Part shown: one piece after another, positions 8,694 through 17,135 of the stretch
How the letters are laid out: every line of letters begins with the position of its first letter
Numbering within the stretch: position 1 is the stretch's first letter
DNA from: Candidatus Aminicenantes bacterium
Lineage (GTDB): Bacteria > Acidobacteriota > Aminicenantia > Aminicenantales > Aminicenantaceae
Direction of reading: 5' to 3'
Length of the DNA: 64,000 nucleotides
NCBI GenBank assembly: GCA_014727835.1
Contig: WJMT01000102.1
Span: forward strand, 660-64,659
The notes under the pieces: model-generated
The model's input: the letters and a program-made list of their open reading frames with translations, nothing else
The model's database searches: none
Told to the model about the DNA's origin: nothing
Translations under genes and position numbers: made by a program

Positions 8694-10319
8694 CTACCAG
8701 TTGACAATGATCCGGGCCTGCAGTTGAAGAGGTCTCCGGATTTGGGGCTGGGAGTTGGATACGCCACTGAAATATTCTCCGCTGTTTCCGGTGATCTCAG
8801 TGGTCTGAAAAGGATCATAATAGATGGGAAGGTTCGCATAGAGCCCCCACGAAATCCTTCTGCCGATTTGAAATCCAAATGTGCCGCTCATCCATAATTC
8901 TCTTAAAAAGTTCTTCCGGTGAGCTTGTTGCTGGAAACTGTAGATGCCTGATCCGTCGGAACGATTTCTTCCGTAGAATCGGTCTGTGTAATGGAGTGCC
9001 AGATGGGACCAGAAATCAAGCCGGAACGCAAGATGAGGTTTGTCAGCAGCCACGATTTCCAAATTAGCTTCCGAGAAATTGGTGAAGATATAAGAGCGGC
9101 CGTAGCTGGACCTCTCCCACGGTTTTTCCCAATCAAAGGTCGCCCAGCCATGGCTGTAGACTTCCTGGCTTCCCCATATTTCTTTGTAGCTGTAGTTGTT
9201 TGCGATGAGGCTGGCTGAGGTCCCTATTCGGAAAAATCCTCCCCTGGACAAATCAAAATGAACAAAAGGGAGGACTTCTGCTGCATAGGTGTTTTTAATG
9301 AATTGGTCTTCGAGCTTGATATCTTCCCATAAGTAGGGATTTCTTTCGAAATCTGCCTCCACCAGAGCAACCATGTAAAATTGAGCCCCACCGATCTGGA
9401 GGAATTTGAACACATCATAACCCCGAAGCATGGTTTTATTGACTTGGCTTCCCCATTTTTGTTTCAAATAGTCATTCTGAGAGCTGCTGTAGGTGTAATA
9501 ATGGTCTTTGCCAAAATGCCTCCGGATATGAATGGCTGCTTTATGGGTGCCAATATTTCCCCCCAGGGTGAAATCCAAAAGGGAATACCGGGTGTGAGTG
9601 TAGCTGTTCTGCCAAAAGGAATCAATATTGGTGGAGATTCCGAATATATGATTGCATCCAGAGACAGTGGACCATCCCCAATTGTATTGGTTGAGATTTG
9701 TCTCTGAACCGTTGAATGAGTAGCTCAGGTATCCACTGGGGGATTCTTCTTCGAACCGTTGATACACGAATTTGAGCCCGATTGGACTTCCCCCGATTTC
9801 CCCCACCGCGAGAATACCAGCGGAACCGGTGAAGTTTCTTTGAGAAAGCTTTGATTCAAAGGGGATGAGGTAATTATGGTCCTCTTCATGCCCGATCGCC
9901 TCTCCGGAGGAATTGAGCTGGAATTGATCCAGTTCTCCAGAGAAGATAGGGATGACCTTGAATTTGTTCCAAGTGATCACCATAGGAATGGCTTGGACAG
10001 AGGGAGCGAACCAGGTCCCTTTGAACCGGGCTTCTGCGATTTTGGAGCTGTGGTAGTTTTCACTGACAGATTCTTCTGTTGCCACATAGTTAGGACTGGG
10101 AGACATTTCCGGATGGTCCAGGTTTCCCATCCATCCTTGATTGGTCAGATTCAGGAAGAATATGGAGGAACCTGCGTTGAACATCCGGGCGTCTTGGGGA
10201 AAAGTCTGGTATGAAAAGTAAGGATTGGGTCCGATAAACCTCAGATGGGAATCAACGGGTGAGAAGAAAAGAAGAACACAAGCCAATCCGAGATAACAAT
10301 TAATTTTTATTCGTTTCAT
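8694..10319 (-). CDS. putative outer-membrane beta-barrel protein, unknown family
   Basis: AAGGAGG lies 5 nt upstream of the ATG at 10319. Signal peptide MKRIKINCYLGLACVLLFFSPVDS. Aromatic/Gly/Ser/Asn-rich alternating sequence. C-terminus is ...ARIIVNW, an aromatic terminal residue as in beta-barrel OMPs. Confidence 0.6.
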   Translation of the reverse strand: MKRIKINCYLGLACVLLFFSPVDSHLRFIGPNPYFSYQTFPQDARMFNAGSSIFFLNLTNQGWMGNLDHPEMSPSPNYVATEESVSENYHSSKIAEARFKGTWFAPSVQAIPMVITWNKFKVIPIFSGELDQFQLNSSGEAIGHEEDHNYLIPFESKLSQRNFTGSAGILAVGEIGGSPIGLKFVYQRFEEESPSGYLSYSFNGSETNLNQYNWGWSTVSGCNHIFGISTNIDSFWQNSYTHTRYSLLDFTLGGNIGTHKAAIHIRRHFGKDHYYTYSSSQNDYLKQKWGSQVNKTMLRGYDVFKFLQIGGAQFYMVALVEADFERNPYLWEDIKLEDQFIKNTYAAEVLPFVHFDLSRGGFFRIGTSASLIANNYSYKEIWGSQEVYSHGWATFDWEKPWERSSYGRSYIFTNFSEANLEIVAADKPHLAFRLDFWSHLALHYTDRFYGRNRSDGSGIYSFQQQAHRKNFLRELWMSGTFGFQIGRRISWGLYANLPIYYDPFQTTEITGNSGEYFSGVSNSQPQIRRPLQLQARIIVNW

Positions 10320-10441
10320 TTTTTCCTCCTTGGCCCTTTGGAAGGATCTTCTCAATACATTTTGTCGGAGCTTGAGTTTTTTTATTGTAAAATATTCGAA
10401 AAAAATTTAACCTATTCAATGAATAAAGAGAGAGGGAAAAA

Positions 10442-11065
10442 ATGGACTGGAGCAGCATCATACCCGCAGCCATAGCGTTTTTAACCGCTTTTATACTTCC
10501 CATTATTTTTGCCAAAAGAAAAAAAGAAAGTGCAAAGAAGGTCAAAACGTATTCTCAGGAGCTCCTTAAAGCGGGTGTTGATTTTGATAAAATCGATAAA
10601 GATGATGACAGGATTCAATTTGTAAAAAAAATGTCCTGGGGGCAAAAAGCAGAAGGCATTTTTGTCCCAAAAAACAAGAAGATAGATTTCATTTTTCTTA
10701 TCAGTGTGTCCAGCCAGTATGGGGTGAATTATTTTTTGGAATATATTGTTTTGACAACATTTCATCTCAGAGAAGGAACAGTTAAAAACACCGCCATGAA
10801 AGTGAAGAAAGATTCTCTTTTTGGGGGAGAACCACAGGATGTTTTGTGGAAAGGAGATCCCCACCTTGCCCAAAAATTGGATATGGACTATGAATTGAAA
10901 CACCATCTGCTGCACGGCCATTTGAAGCACTCAAAAGTAAACCTAAAGATTATACCTGAACAAAAGCAGGGATATACCAGAATCAAAACAAATTTTATGC
11001 CTCCTTCGCCAGAGTTGATATCATTTATTGATTCTGTGGCAGGGCATATCAAGACAGGGTTTTAA
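10442..11065 (+). CDS. hypothetical single-pass membrane protein
   Basis: GAGGGA-type SD. N-terminal TM helix IIPAAIAFLTAFILPIIFA followed by KRKK. No recognised domain. Confidence 0.55.
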   Translation: MDWSSIIPAAIAFLTAFILPIIFAKRKKESAKKVKTYSQELLKAGVDFDKIDKDDDRIQFVKKMSWGQKAEGIFVPKNKKIDFIFLISVSSQYGVNYFLEYIVLTTFHLREGTVKNTAMKVKKDSLFGGEPQDVLWKGDPHLAQKLDMDYELKHHLLHGHLKHSKVNLKIIPEQKQGYTRIKTNFMPPSPELISFIDSVAGHIKTGF

Positions 11066-11098
11066 TTAGAGCTCAAAAAAATCATCGGTGGTTTGTTT

Positions 11099-12427
11099 AT
11101 GAAGCGGAGACTATGGGAAAAACTCAAGTATCATCTGTGGGGGCGTGCATTATTTTCAAATAAATTTTATCATCTCTTTCTCCGCTCTTTTGATCGGATT
11201 CTTTTTGAGGTCGTTCCGGCTGAAGATTTGATCAAAGAAAGAAAAAGACAAATCCCTTTGAATAAGATCTGTCAGGCAGCTGACCAGCATAATCCGGTAT
11301 GGAGCTGTGTGCTGTCAGAGCTCAAAATGAGGATGGATGAAAAAAGCTTTCACCGAAAGGCCTGGGAACATGTCCAAATCGTGTTCTCTCTTAAAAGGAT
11401 GAAACTTTTGACTCCGGATTCGGTCTGTCTGGCAGTGGGAGCAGGCAGAGAGAATCTGCTTTATTATTTGACTCATAAAGTCAACAAAGTCTGTGGGATC
11501 GACCTTTATGAGGGAGATTATTTCGGAGGAGAAGACGAGGCAGACATTCCTTTGTCTGCAAAAAAATATGCCCCATTCCCCTATCCAGAAGACAAACTGA
11601 ATCTATTGAGGATGAATGCATTGGACCTGGAGTTCAATGACAGGTTTTTTGATTTTATTTTTTCTTCTTCTTCCATAGAACACTTTGGTTCTGAAAAGGA
11701 AATTTTGAAGTCCTTAAAAGAAATGTACCGAGTGCTGAAGCCTGGAGGGGCGGCTCTGCTCACCACAGAACTCAGGCTCAATAAACTGGGGAGCTCTTTA
11801 AAAAACACCCAAGTCTTTCCTTTTCAAGATCTGCTCTCCCTGTTCATGAAGGCTGGATTCATAGTCAGAGAAGATTTTGATTTGAGGATAGAGAACAAAT
11901 ACCTTGATAACTGGATCAAGCTTCCCGATGATGTTTTCAAGAGACCTCATGTGATCCTGAGATACTTCAATACTATTTTAACCTCTATTCATGCAGTCCT
12001 CCTTAAACCAGGCCGTAATGGAAAAAAGGGAAGAGAAATCTTTCCTGTGATCCCTGATTATATTTACAGGGGACACATCCATGTCTCAGTATCCAAAGCA
12101 GCGGTTCATAGAAAAGAGAGCCTAATCCTAAACATCTCGCTAAAAAACAGCAGTAATTTCACTTGGGTCCCAAGCGGTTTTTCCCATAGGATTTCTCTTG
12201 GGGTGAAACTGCTGACAGAAAACAATCAACTGGTGGAAAGGGATTATTTGACTCTAACTCTTCCTAAAGAGATGGCCCCAGAGGAGAGAATCGAATTTTC
12301 AGCACAGGTCAAAGCTCCTCCCCAAAAAGGAAGCTGGATTCTTCGATTTGACCTAAAAAAAGAACTGGTTCTGTGGTTTTCCCAGAAAGGAAACCCCTGT
12401 TTTGACCTGAAGATCAAAGTTTCTTGA
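11099..12427 (+). CDS. SAM-dependent methyltransferase with extra N- and C-terminal domains
   Basis: Motif I (CLAVGAGRENLLYYL..VCGIDL) and post-II/III (VLKPGGAALLTTE). The C-terminal roughly 130 aa is a beta-rich domain (ISLGVKLLTENNQLVERDYLTLTLPKEMAPEERIEFSAQVKAPPQKGSWILRFDLKKELVLWF). ATG 11099 preferred over the TTG at 11093. Confidence 0.75.
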   Translation: MKRRLWEKLKYHLWGRALFSNKFYHLFLRSFDRILFEVVPAEDLIKERKRQIPLNKICQAADQHNPVWSCVLSELKMRMDEKSFHRKAWEHVQIVFSLKRMKLLTPDSVCLAVGAGRENLLYYLTHKVNKVCGIDLYEGDYFGGEDEADIPLSAKKYAPFPYPEDKLNLLRMNALDLEFNDRFFDFIFSSSSIEHFGSEKEILKSLKEMYRVLKPGGAALLTTELRLNKLGSSLKNTQVFPFQDLLSLFMKAGFIVREDFDLRIENKYLDNWIKLPDDVFKRPHVILRYFNTILTSIHAVLLKPGRNGKKGREIFPVIPDYIYRGHIHVSVSKAAVHRKESLILNISLKNSSNFTWVPSGFSHRISLGVKLLTENNQLVERDYLTLTLPKEMAPEERIEFSAQVKAPPQKGSWILRFDLKKELVLWFSQKGNPCFDLKIKVS

Positions 12428-12541
12428 GTTTTGTCCTCTGTTCAAACATGAGCGGTAGCGGACACCATTTGTTGTGACAGCGAACACTTTTCAAGAACGA
12501 AAAACTTTCTTTCTCTTTTCCCTTCCCTAGACTTTCCTAAA

Positions 12542-12556
12542 TGGCATGATTCTTGC
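12542..12556 (+). promoter_or_regulatory. sigma54-type (-24/-12) promoter element
   Basis: TGGCATGATTCTTGC matches TGGCAY-N5-TTGC (GG-N10-GC spacing). It is intergenic and oriented toward the small ORFs at 12585 and 12684. Confidence 0.45.
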
Positions 12557-12584
12557 CTATATTTAGAGATAGAGGAAGCTTGAA

Positions 12585-12683
12585 ATGATAACGACTCAAA
12601 AAAACTTTTCAAAAAAGGACAACTTTTCGGCATCCGGATACGTTTATATAGATGAAAATGAAAACAACGAAAGGAGAACATAA
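12585..12683 (+). CDS. tiny ORF (32 aa) directly abutting the next small ORF
   Basis: AGAGGAAG lies 6 nt upstream of the ATG. Translation is MITTQKNFSKKDNFSASGYVYIDENENNERRT. Its TAA (12681-12683) is followed immediately by the ATG at 12684. Below the ORF-track size cutoff, with no homology evidence. Confidence 0.15.
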   Translation: MITTQKNFSKKDNFSASGYVYIDENENNERRT

Positions 12684-12869
12684 ATGAAATTCAGAACAAA
12701 ATTGGGAATCTTTTTGGTATCGTGTCTGATCACTTTTATTGGATTCAGCTTGCTTGTCCCTGCGGGTGCTGTTGAGATGATAAAGATAGGAAAAACAAAC
12801 GGGTATAAGATCACTTCCGATATGTTGATTGTGGACGTGGTGAAAGATTCACCCCCCATCGTTGGATGA
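12684..12869 (+). CDS. small secreted/membrane peptide (61 aa), unknown function
   Basis: AGGAG lies 7 nt upstream. Signal-like N-terminus KLGIFLVSCLITFIGFSLLVPAGA|VE. Lies downstream of the sigma54-like element. Confidence 0.35.
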   Translation: MKFRTKLGIFLVSCLITFIGFSLLVPAGAVEMIKIGKTNGYKITSDMLIVDVVKDSPPIVG

Positions 12870-12914
12870 ACCATTTCTGTCAAATGTCACGGCAGGCGGT
12901 ATGCAGACACTTAG

Positions 12915-12928
12915 GCTGGGGCCCCAGC
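12915..12928. terminator. 14-bp perfect GC-rich palindrome GCTGGGGCCCCAGC between convergent genes (possible bidirectional terminator or protein site)
   Basis: Lies in the 65-nt gap between the ORF ending at 12869 (+) and the kinase gene ending at 12935 (-). It has no loop and no clear U-tract, so confidence is low. Confidence 0.3.
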
Positions 12929-12934
12929 TGCGAT

Positions 12935-15900
12935 TCAATTCTGTGTTGGTCCGCCTAAAGGAAATTGAATAATCCAAGACGTCCCTTTATCCCTTTCCAA
13001 TTCAATAGCCCCTTTTATTTGTGATATCAATCCATTCACCAGCTGCAGACCTAATGAGGTGGTTTTTCGAAAGTCGATCTTTTCAGGAAATCCGATTCCT
13101 GTGTCTTGGATTTTAAGCCAACAGTTATCCCTGTTGTCTTGATGCATATGAATCAAAATCTTGCCCTGTTTCTGACCAGGAAAAGCATGTTTGAGAGCAT
13201 TGGATACCAATTCATTGATGATTAAGCCGCAGGGAATGGCTTGTTGGATGTCCAGACAAATCTTCTTGACTTCAATAGACAGCTGAATCTGTTCTTTCTG
13301 AACACCATAACTTGACACCAGGTTCTGTGTCAGGTTTTTTATATATTTTGAGAAATCAATTTGGTTTAGGTCTTTGGACTGGTAGAGATTTTCATGAATC
13401 AGTGACATGGACTGGATCCGGGCCTGGCTCTCCGCAAACATGTCCAGCAGTTTCTGGTCTTTGATTTGGGAAGCCTGGAGTCGCAGAAGGCTGGAGATAA
13501 CCTGCATATTGTTTTTTACCCGATGGTGAATCTCTTTGAGAAGGACTTCTTTTTCGGTCAGTGAAGATTCTAGCTTGTCTTCCCTGTCCCTCAAATCCTG
13601 TTCGGCATGCTGTCTCACTTGGATTTCTTGTTTGAGCTCTGTATTGGCTTTCTCTAATTCTGAGGTGCGTTCCCGAACAGTTTTTTGAAGCATTCTGGCC
13701 TGCCGTCTTATATAACGGGTCCGGACAAGAAAAACGAATACAATGGAGCTCAGGATGAAAATGATGAGCAGACCCTGAAACCAGAGTGTTTTCCAGAAAG
13801 GAGGGGAGATGACAATCCGGACGGAAGCTCCCTCTTGGTTCCAAAGCCCGTCATTATTTGAACCCTGGACATGAAAAGTGAAGCGGCCCGGGGTAATATG
13901 GGAGTATGTCGCGTATCTTCTGTTGCCAATGGCATTCCACTCTTTGTCCAGCCCTTTCATGATGTATCTGTACTGATTTTTATCCGGGTTTTGGTAATTG
14001 AGGGCTGCAAATTCAAGCGTTATCAAATTTTCGTCGTGTTTCAAATGAATTTCCTCTGTCATCTCAATGGTTTTTTGGAGAATGACTCTTCCGTTGAATT
14101 TCATTCCTGGTCTTATGTCTTGATTGTACAGTTGGAATTTGACGATAGCCACCGGTGGGATGAAAGAATTGTTTTCAATTTCTTCCGGATAAAAAGAAGT
14201 GAATCCGTTGATCCCCCCAAAAAGCATCTCTCCATCCGGCCTGTTTAGAAAAGCACCGTAATTGAATTCATTGCTCTGGAGTCCATCGCTGGTGTCATAA
14301 TTGCTAAAGCACTGTGTCTGGGGATTGAATTTGGAAATTCCTTTGTTTGTGCTGAGCCAGAGATTTCCTGCGGCATCTTCCAGCACAGCGTAAACCACAT
14401 TGTTGGGAAGGCCGTGTTCTGTGGTGAAAACAGTGAATGAGCCTGTTTTTTTATCCAGGACGTTCAAACCTCCCCCGGCTGTTCCGATCCAGAGTTTTCC
14501 TCTGCCGTCATCATACAAACAGAGGATAAAATTTTGACTGAGACTGTTCGGGTCATGGATTCGTGGAAGATAGTGCTTAAACTGTTTGGTTTTGGGGTCA
14601 TATCGTGAAAGCCCCCCTCCTTGGGTTCCTATCCAGTAATACCCTTCATTCCCCCGGATCAGAGTGCGTATGTTATTTGAACGGAGAGTGTTTTGATCGT
14701 TTGGGTCGTGCTGGAAATGAATAAACTCTCCGGTTTCAGGAATGAAGCGGTTGAGCCCACCTTGAAATGTCCCGATCCACAGAGATCCGTCTGTATCTTT
14801 ATAGAGAAAATGGATAAAGTCATCACTCAAACTGTTGGGATTTCCCGGATCGTGCCGGTAATGAGTGAATTTCATTTTTTCCGGATCATATTTATTGAGT
14901 CCCCCGCCGTATGTGCCGATCCACAGTCCGTGGGGATCTTGTTTCAGCACACTGTATACATTGTTGCTGCTCAAGCTGTTCTTGTTTTCAGGATCATGAG
15001 TGAAAGCAAACACAGACCGTTTTTTCCGGTCGAACCGAAGAAGCCCTCCTCCCCGGGTTCCCAGCCAGAAGAGATCTGAATTTTCATCAGAGATGCTTCG
15101 GATATTTGTATTGGATATACGGTCTGAAAAATCTTCTGGCTTCAGATGAGTGATAAATTGTTTGGACTGGAGATTGATCCGACTAACGCCGCCGCTTTGA
15201 GTACCGATCCATATATCAAAGGACCGGCCGTGGTGCAGGGACATGATCTGATTGCTGCTCAGGCTTTGCTCGTCTCCGGATTGATTGAAATAGCGCTGAC
15301 ATTGATACGTTTGAGTGTTCAAGAGATTGAGCCCGTTGGCAGTGCCAACAAGAAGATGGTCCTCATCATAATATTCAAGTGCACGGATCCTGTTATCACT
15401 CAGACTTTGGGGGTTGCCCTCTTCAGAACACAGGAATGTGATGACATTGGTTTTAAGGTCCCATTTATTCAGGCCGGATTCTGTTCCGATCCAGAGACGA
15501 CCTTTTTTATCCTGATAAAGGGCATTGATTTGATTGTTAGAGAGGCTGTTGGATTCGTCTGGTTGGTGAAAATAACGGCGGAATGTCTGAGATTGGGGAT
15601 CATAGACATTCAATCCCCTTTGGGTTCCCAGCCACAGCTGTCCATCTTTGGCAGCCAGCAGACAATGGATTTGATTGTGGCTCAAGCTCCTTGGATCATT
15701 GTTTTTATGGAGGAATCTTTGGAACATTTCAGTTGCGGGTATAAATCGGGCCAGTCCAACAGAGGTCCCGATCCACAGAGTGTTTGGGGGCATTTCAGTG
15801 ATATCGTTGACCACATTACTGTTCAGACTCTGAGGGTCTTCAGGGTCGTTTTTGTAAGTGACAAAAATATCCTGTGCTTGGTCCAAGCGGCTCAATCCTC

Positions 15901-16216
15901 CTCCATTGGTCCCGATCCATAAAATGTCGTTGTTGTCTTGGTAGAGACAACTCAGGGCGGTATATCCAATACTTTCAGGATTATCAGGATCATAATAATA
16001 AGGTTTGAACTCATACCCGTCGAATCGGCTCAATCCATCCTGGGTTCCGATCCACATAAATCCTCGGGATCCATGGAGCAAGCTCAGAACTGTATTTTGA
16101 GAAAGGCCGTCTTCAATGGTCAGCCGGTGGAATCGGAGTTCGCTCTCTTGTCCGCTGACAGAGACGACCAAGAGGAAGACAGACAACAGCATGGCAAGCC
16201 GACAGGTATTGTTCAT
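12935..16216 (-). CDS. sensor histidine kinase with a periplasmic double beta-propeller (Reg_prop repeats plus Y_Y_Y-like domain), TM helix, coiled coil, HisKA_2-type kinase core
   Basis: Signal peptide. About 14 repeats of the LWIGT..GL..(Y/F) type. TM segment LWFQGLLIIFILSSIVFVFLV. H-box EIHHRVKNNMQVISSLLRLQ. ATPase segment LIINELVSNALKHAF ... DTGIGF. No receiver or HTH domain, and no response regulator gene adjacent. Confidence 0.9.
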   Translation of the reverse strand: MNNTCRLAMLLSVFLLVVSVSGQESELRFHRLTIEDGLSQNTVLSLLHGSRGFMWIGTQDGLSRFDGYEFKPYYYDPDNPESIGYTALSCLYQDNNDILWIGTNGGGLSRLDQAQDIFVTYKNDPEDPQSLNSNVVNDITEMPPNTLWIGTSVGLARFIPATEMFQRFLHKNNDPRSLSHNQIHCLLAAKDGQLWLGTQRGLNVYDPQSQTFRRYFHQPDESNSLSNNQINALYQDKKGRLWIGTESGLNKWDLKTNVITFLCSEEGNPQSLSDNRIRALEYYDEDHLLVGTANGLNLLNTQTYQCQRYFNQSGDEQSLSSNQIMSLHHGRSFDIWIGTQSGGVSRINLQSKQFITHLKPEDFSDRISNTNIRSISDENSDLFWLGTRGGGLLRFDRKKRSVFAFTHDPENKNSLSSNNVYSVLKQDPHGLWIGTYGGGLNKYDPEKMKFTHYRHDPGNPNSLSDDFIHFLYKDTDGSLWIGTFQGGLNRFIPETGEFIHFQHDPNDQNTLRSNNIRTLIRGNEGYYWIGTQGGGLSRYDPKTKQFKHYLPRIHDPNSLSQNFILCLYDDGRGKLWIGTAGGGLNVLDKKTGSFTVFTTEHGLPNNVVYAVLEDAAGNLWLSTNKGISKFNPQTQCFSNYDTSDGLQSNEFNYGAFLNRPDGEMLFGGINGFTSFYPEEIENNSFIPPVAIVKFQLYNQDIRPGMKFNGRVILQKTIEMTEEIHLKHDENLITLEFAALNYQNPDKNQYRYIMKGLDKEWNAIGNRRYATYSHITPGRFTFHVQGSNNDGLWNQEGASVRIVISPPFWKTLWFQGLLIIFILSSIVFVFLVRTRYIRRQARMLQKTVRERTSELEKANTELKQEIQVRQHAEQDLRDREDKLESSLTEKEVLLKEIHHRVKNNMQVISSLLRLQASQIKDQKLLDMFAESQARIQSMSLIHENLYQSKDLNQIDFSKYIKNLTQNLVSSYGVQKEQIQLSIEVKKICLDIQQAIPCGLIINELVSNALKHAFPGQKQGKILIHMHQDNRDNCWLKIQDTGIGFPEKIDFRKTTSLGLQLVNGLISQIKGAIELERDKGTSWIIQFPLGGPTQN

Positions 16217-16354
16217 TTTCAGCAGATTTTAGCTTATCACAAGGGGTGCCGATTTTCAATTTATCTCGGTTATATCAAAACAGTTAATTTTATCTACTTT
16301 GTTCTGGAGTTATCATGTATACTGAGTTTGAACATTTGATTTTAGAGAGGTCTT

Positions 16355-17080
16355 ATGATTCTCACAGCAGCTGTCATCATCCTCATCACATTTGTTGCTG
16401 CGGTGTTTGGGACCATTTCTGGATTCGGGATTTCCACGCTCATGGTCCCGGTTATTTTGTTTTTTTATCCCCTTCCGGTCACCCTTCTTTTTGTTGCCAT
16501 CATCCACTTTGCCGGAGATATCTGGAAGATCATTTTTTTCAAGCGCGGCATCCGGTGGAAGCTGATCCTCAGCTTTGGGATTCCGGGAATCATTGCCAGT
16601 TATGTAGGAGCTTCCGTGGTCCTCAATGTTTCCCCTGATGTGATGAAGAGGATTTTGGGAGTGTTTTTGCTTTCTTATGTCCTTTTCCTTCTCAGCAAAA
16701 AAGAATGGCGAATCCATCCCAGGACAACCACAGGAGTAGTGGGAGGGTCATTGTATGGATTTTCAGCCGGTGTTTTTGGGATTGGTGGAGCTGTCCGGAG
16801 TGCCTTTTTGACCGCTTATAACCTACCTAAGGAAGTCTATATTTTTACAGCTGGGTTCATCGCGCTTTTTGTGGATATCACAAGGATAACCAAGTACATT
16901 TCCGGCGAGCAGTCTCTCCATTCATTCCTTCTGGTCACCCTTGCTGTGTGTGTTCCTGTCTCATTTTTGGGTGCTTATGTGGCCAAAAAAGTAGTGGACA
17001 AAGTCCCCCCAAAAAGATTTCGAATACTGATTGCCCTTTTTATCGGACTCATGGCTTTGAAGCTTCTGGTCATTCCTTGA
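16355..17080 (+). CDS. TauE/SafE (TSUP) family anion exporter
   Basis: About 8 TM helices with the characteristic GTISGFGISTLMVP and GGAVRSAFL segments. Confidence 0.85.
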   Translation: MILTAAVIILITFVAAVFGTISGFGISTLMVPVILFFYPLPVTLLFVAIIHFAGDIWKIIFFKRGIRWKLILSFGIPGIIASYVGASVVLNVSPDVMKRILGVFLLSYVLFLLSKKEWRIHPRTTTGVVGGSLYGFSAGVFGIGGAVRSAFLTAYNLPKEVYIFTAGFIALFVDITRITKYISGEQSLHSFLLVTLAVCVPVSFLGAYVAKKVVDKVPPKRFRILIALFIGLMALKLLVIP

Positions 17081-17135
17081 TTGGCCAAAGAGTGTTATGA
17101 TATAAACAATGGATAGCTTATTAAAGGAGGTTTGT

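Noticed and set aside
15146-15922. 258-aa plus-strand ORF, with neighbours at 13871-14248, 14693-15079 and 15938-16339, antisense to the sensor kinase gene
   Set aside because: The minus-strand frame carries an unbroken 1093-aa protein with clear propeller repeats and kinase motifs. The antisense translations are low-complexity, have no SD and show no recognisable motifs. They are probably a by-product of the repeat-rich codon composition.
16313-16717. 134-aa minus-strand ORF and 107-aa plus-strand ORF overlapping the start of the TauE-family gene
   Set aside because: The TauE frame gives a coherent multi-TM protein with family motifs. The alternatives are hydrophilic low-complexity sequences without start signals.
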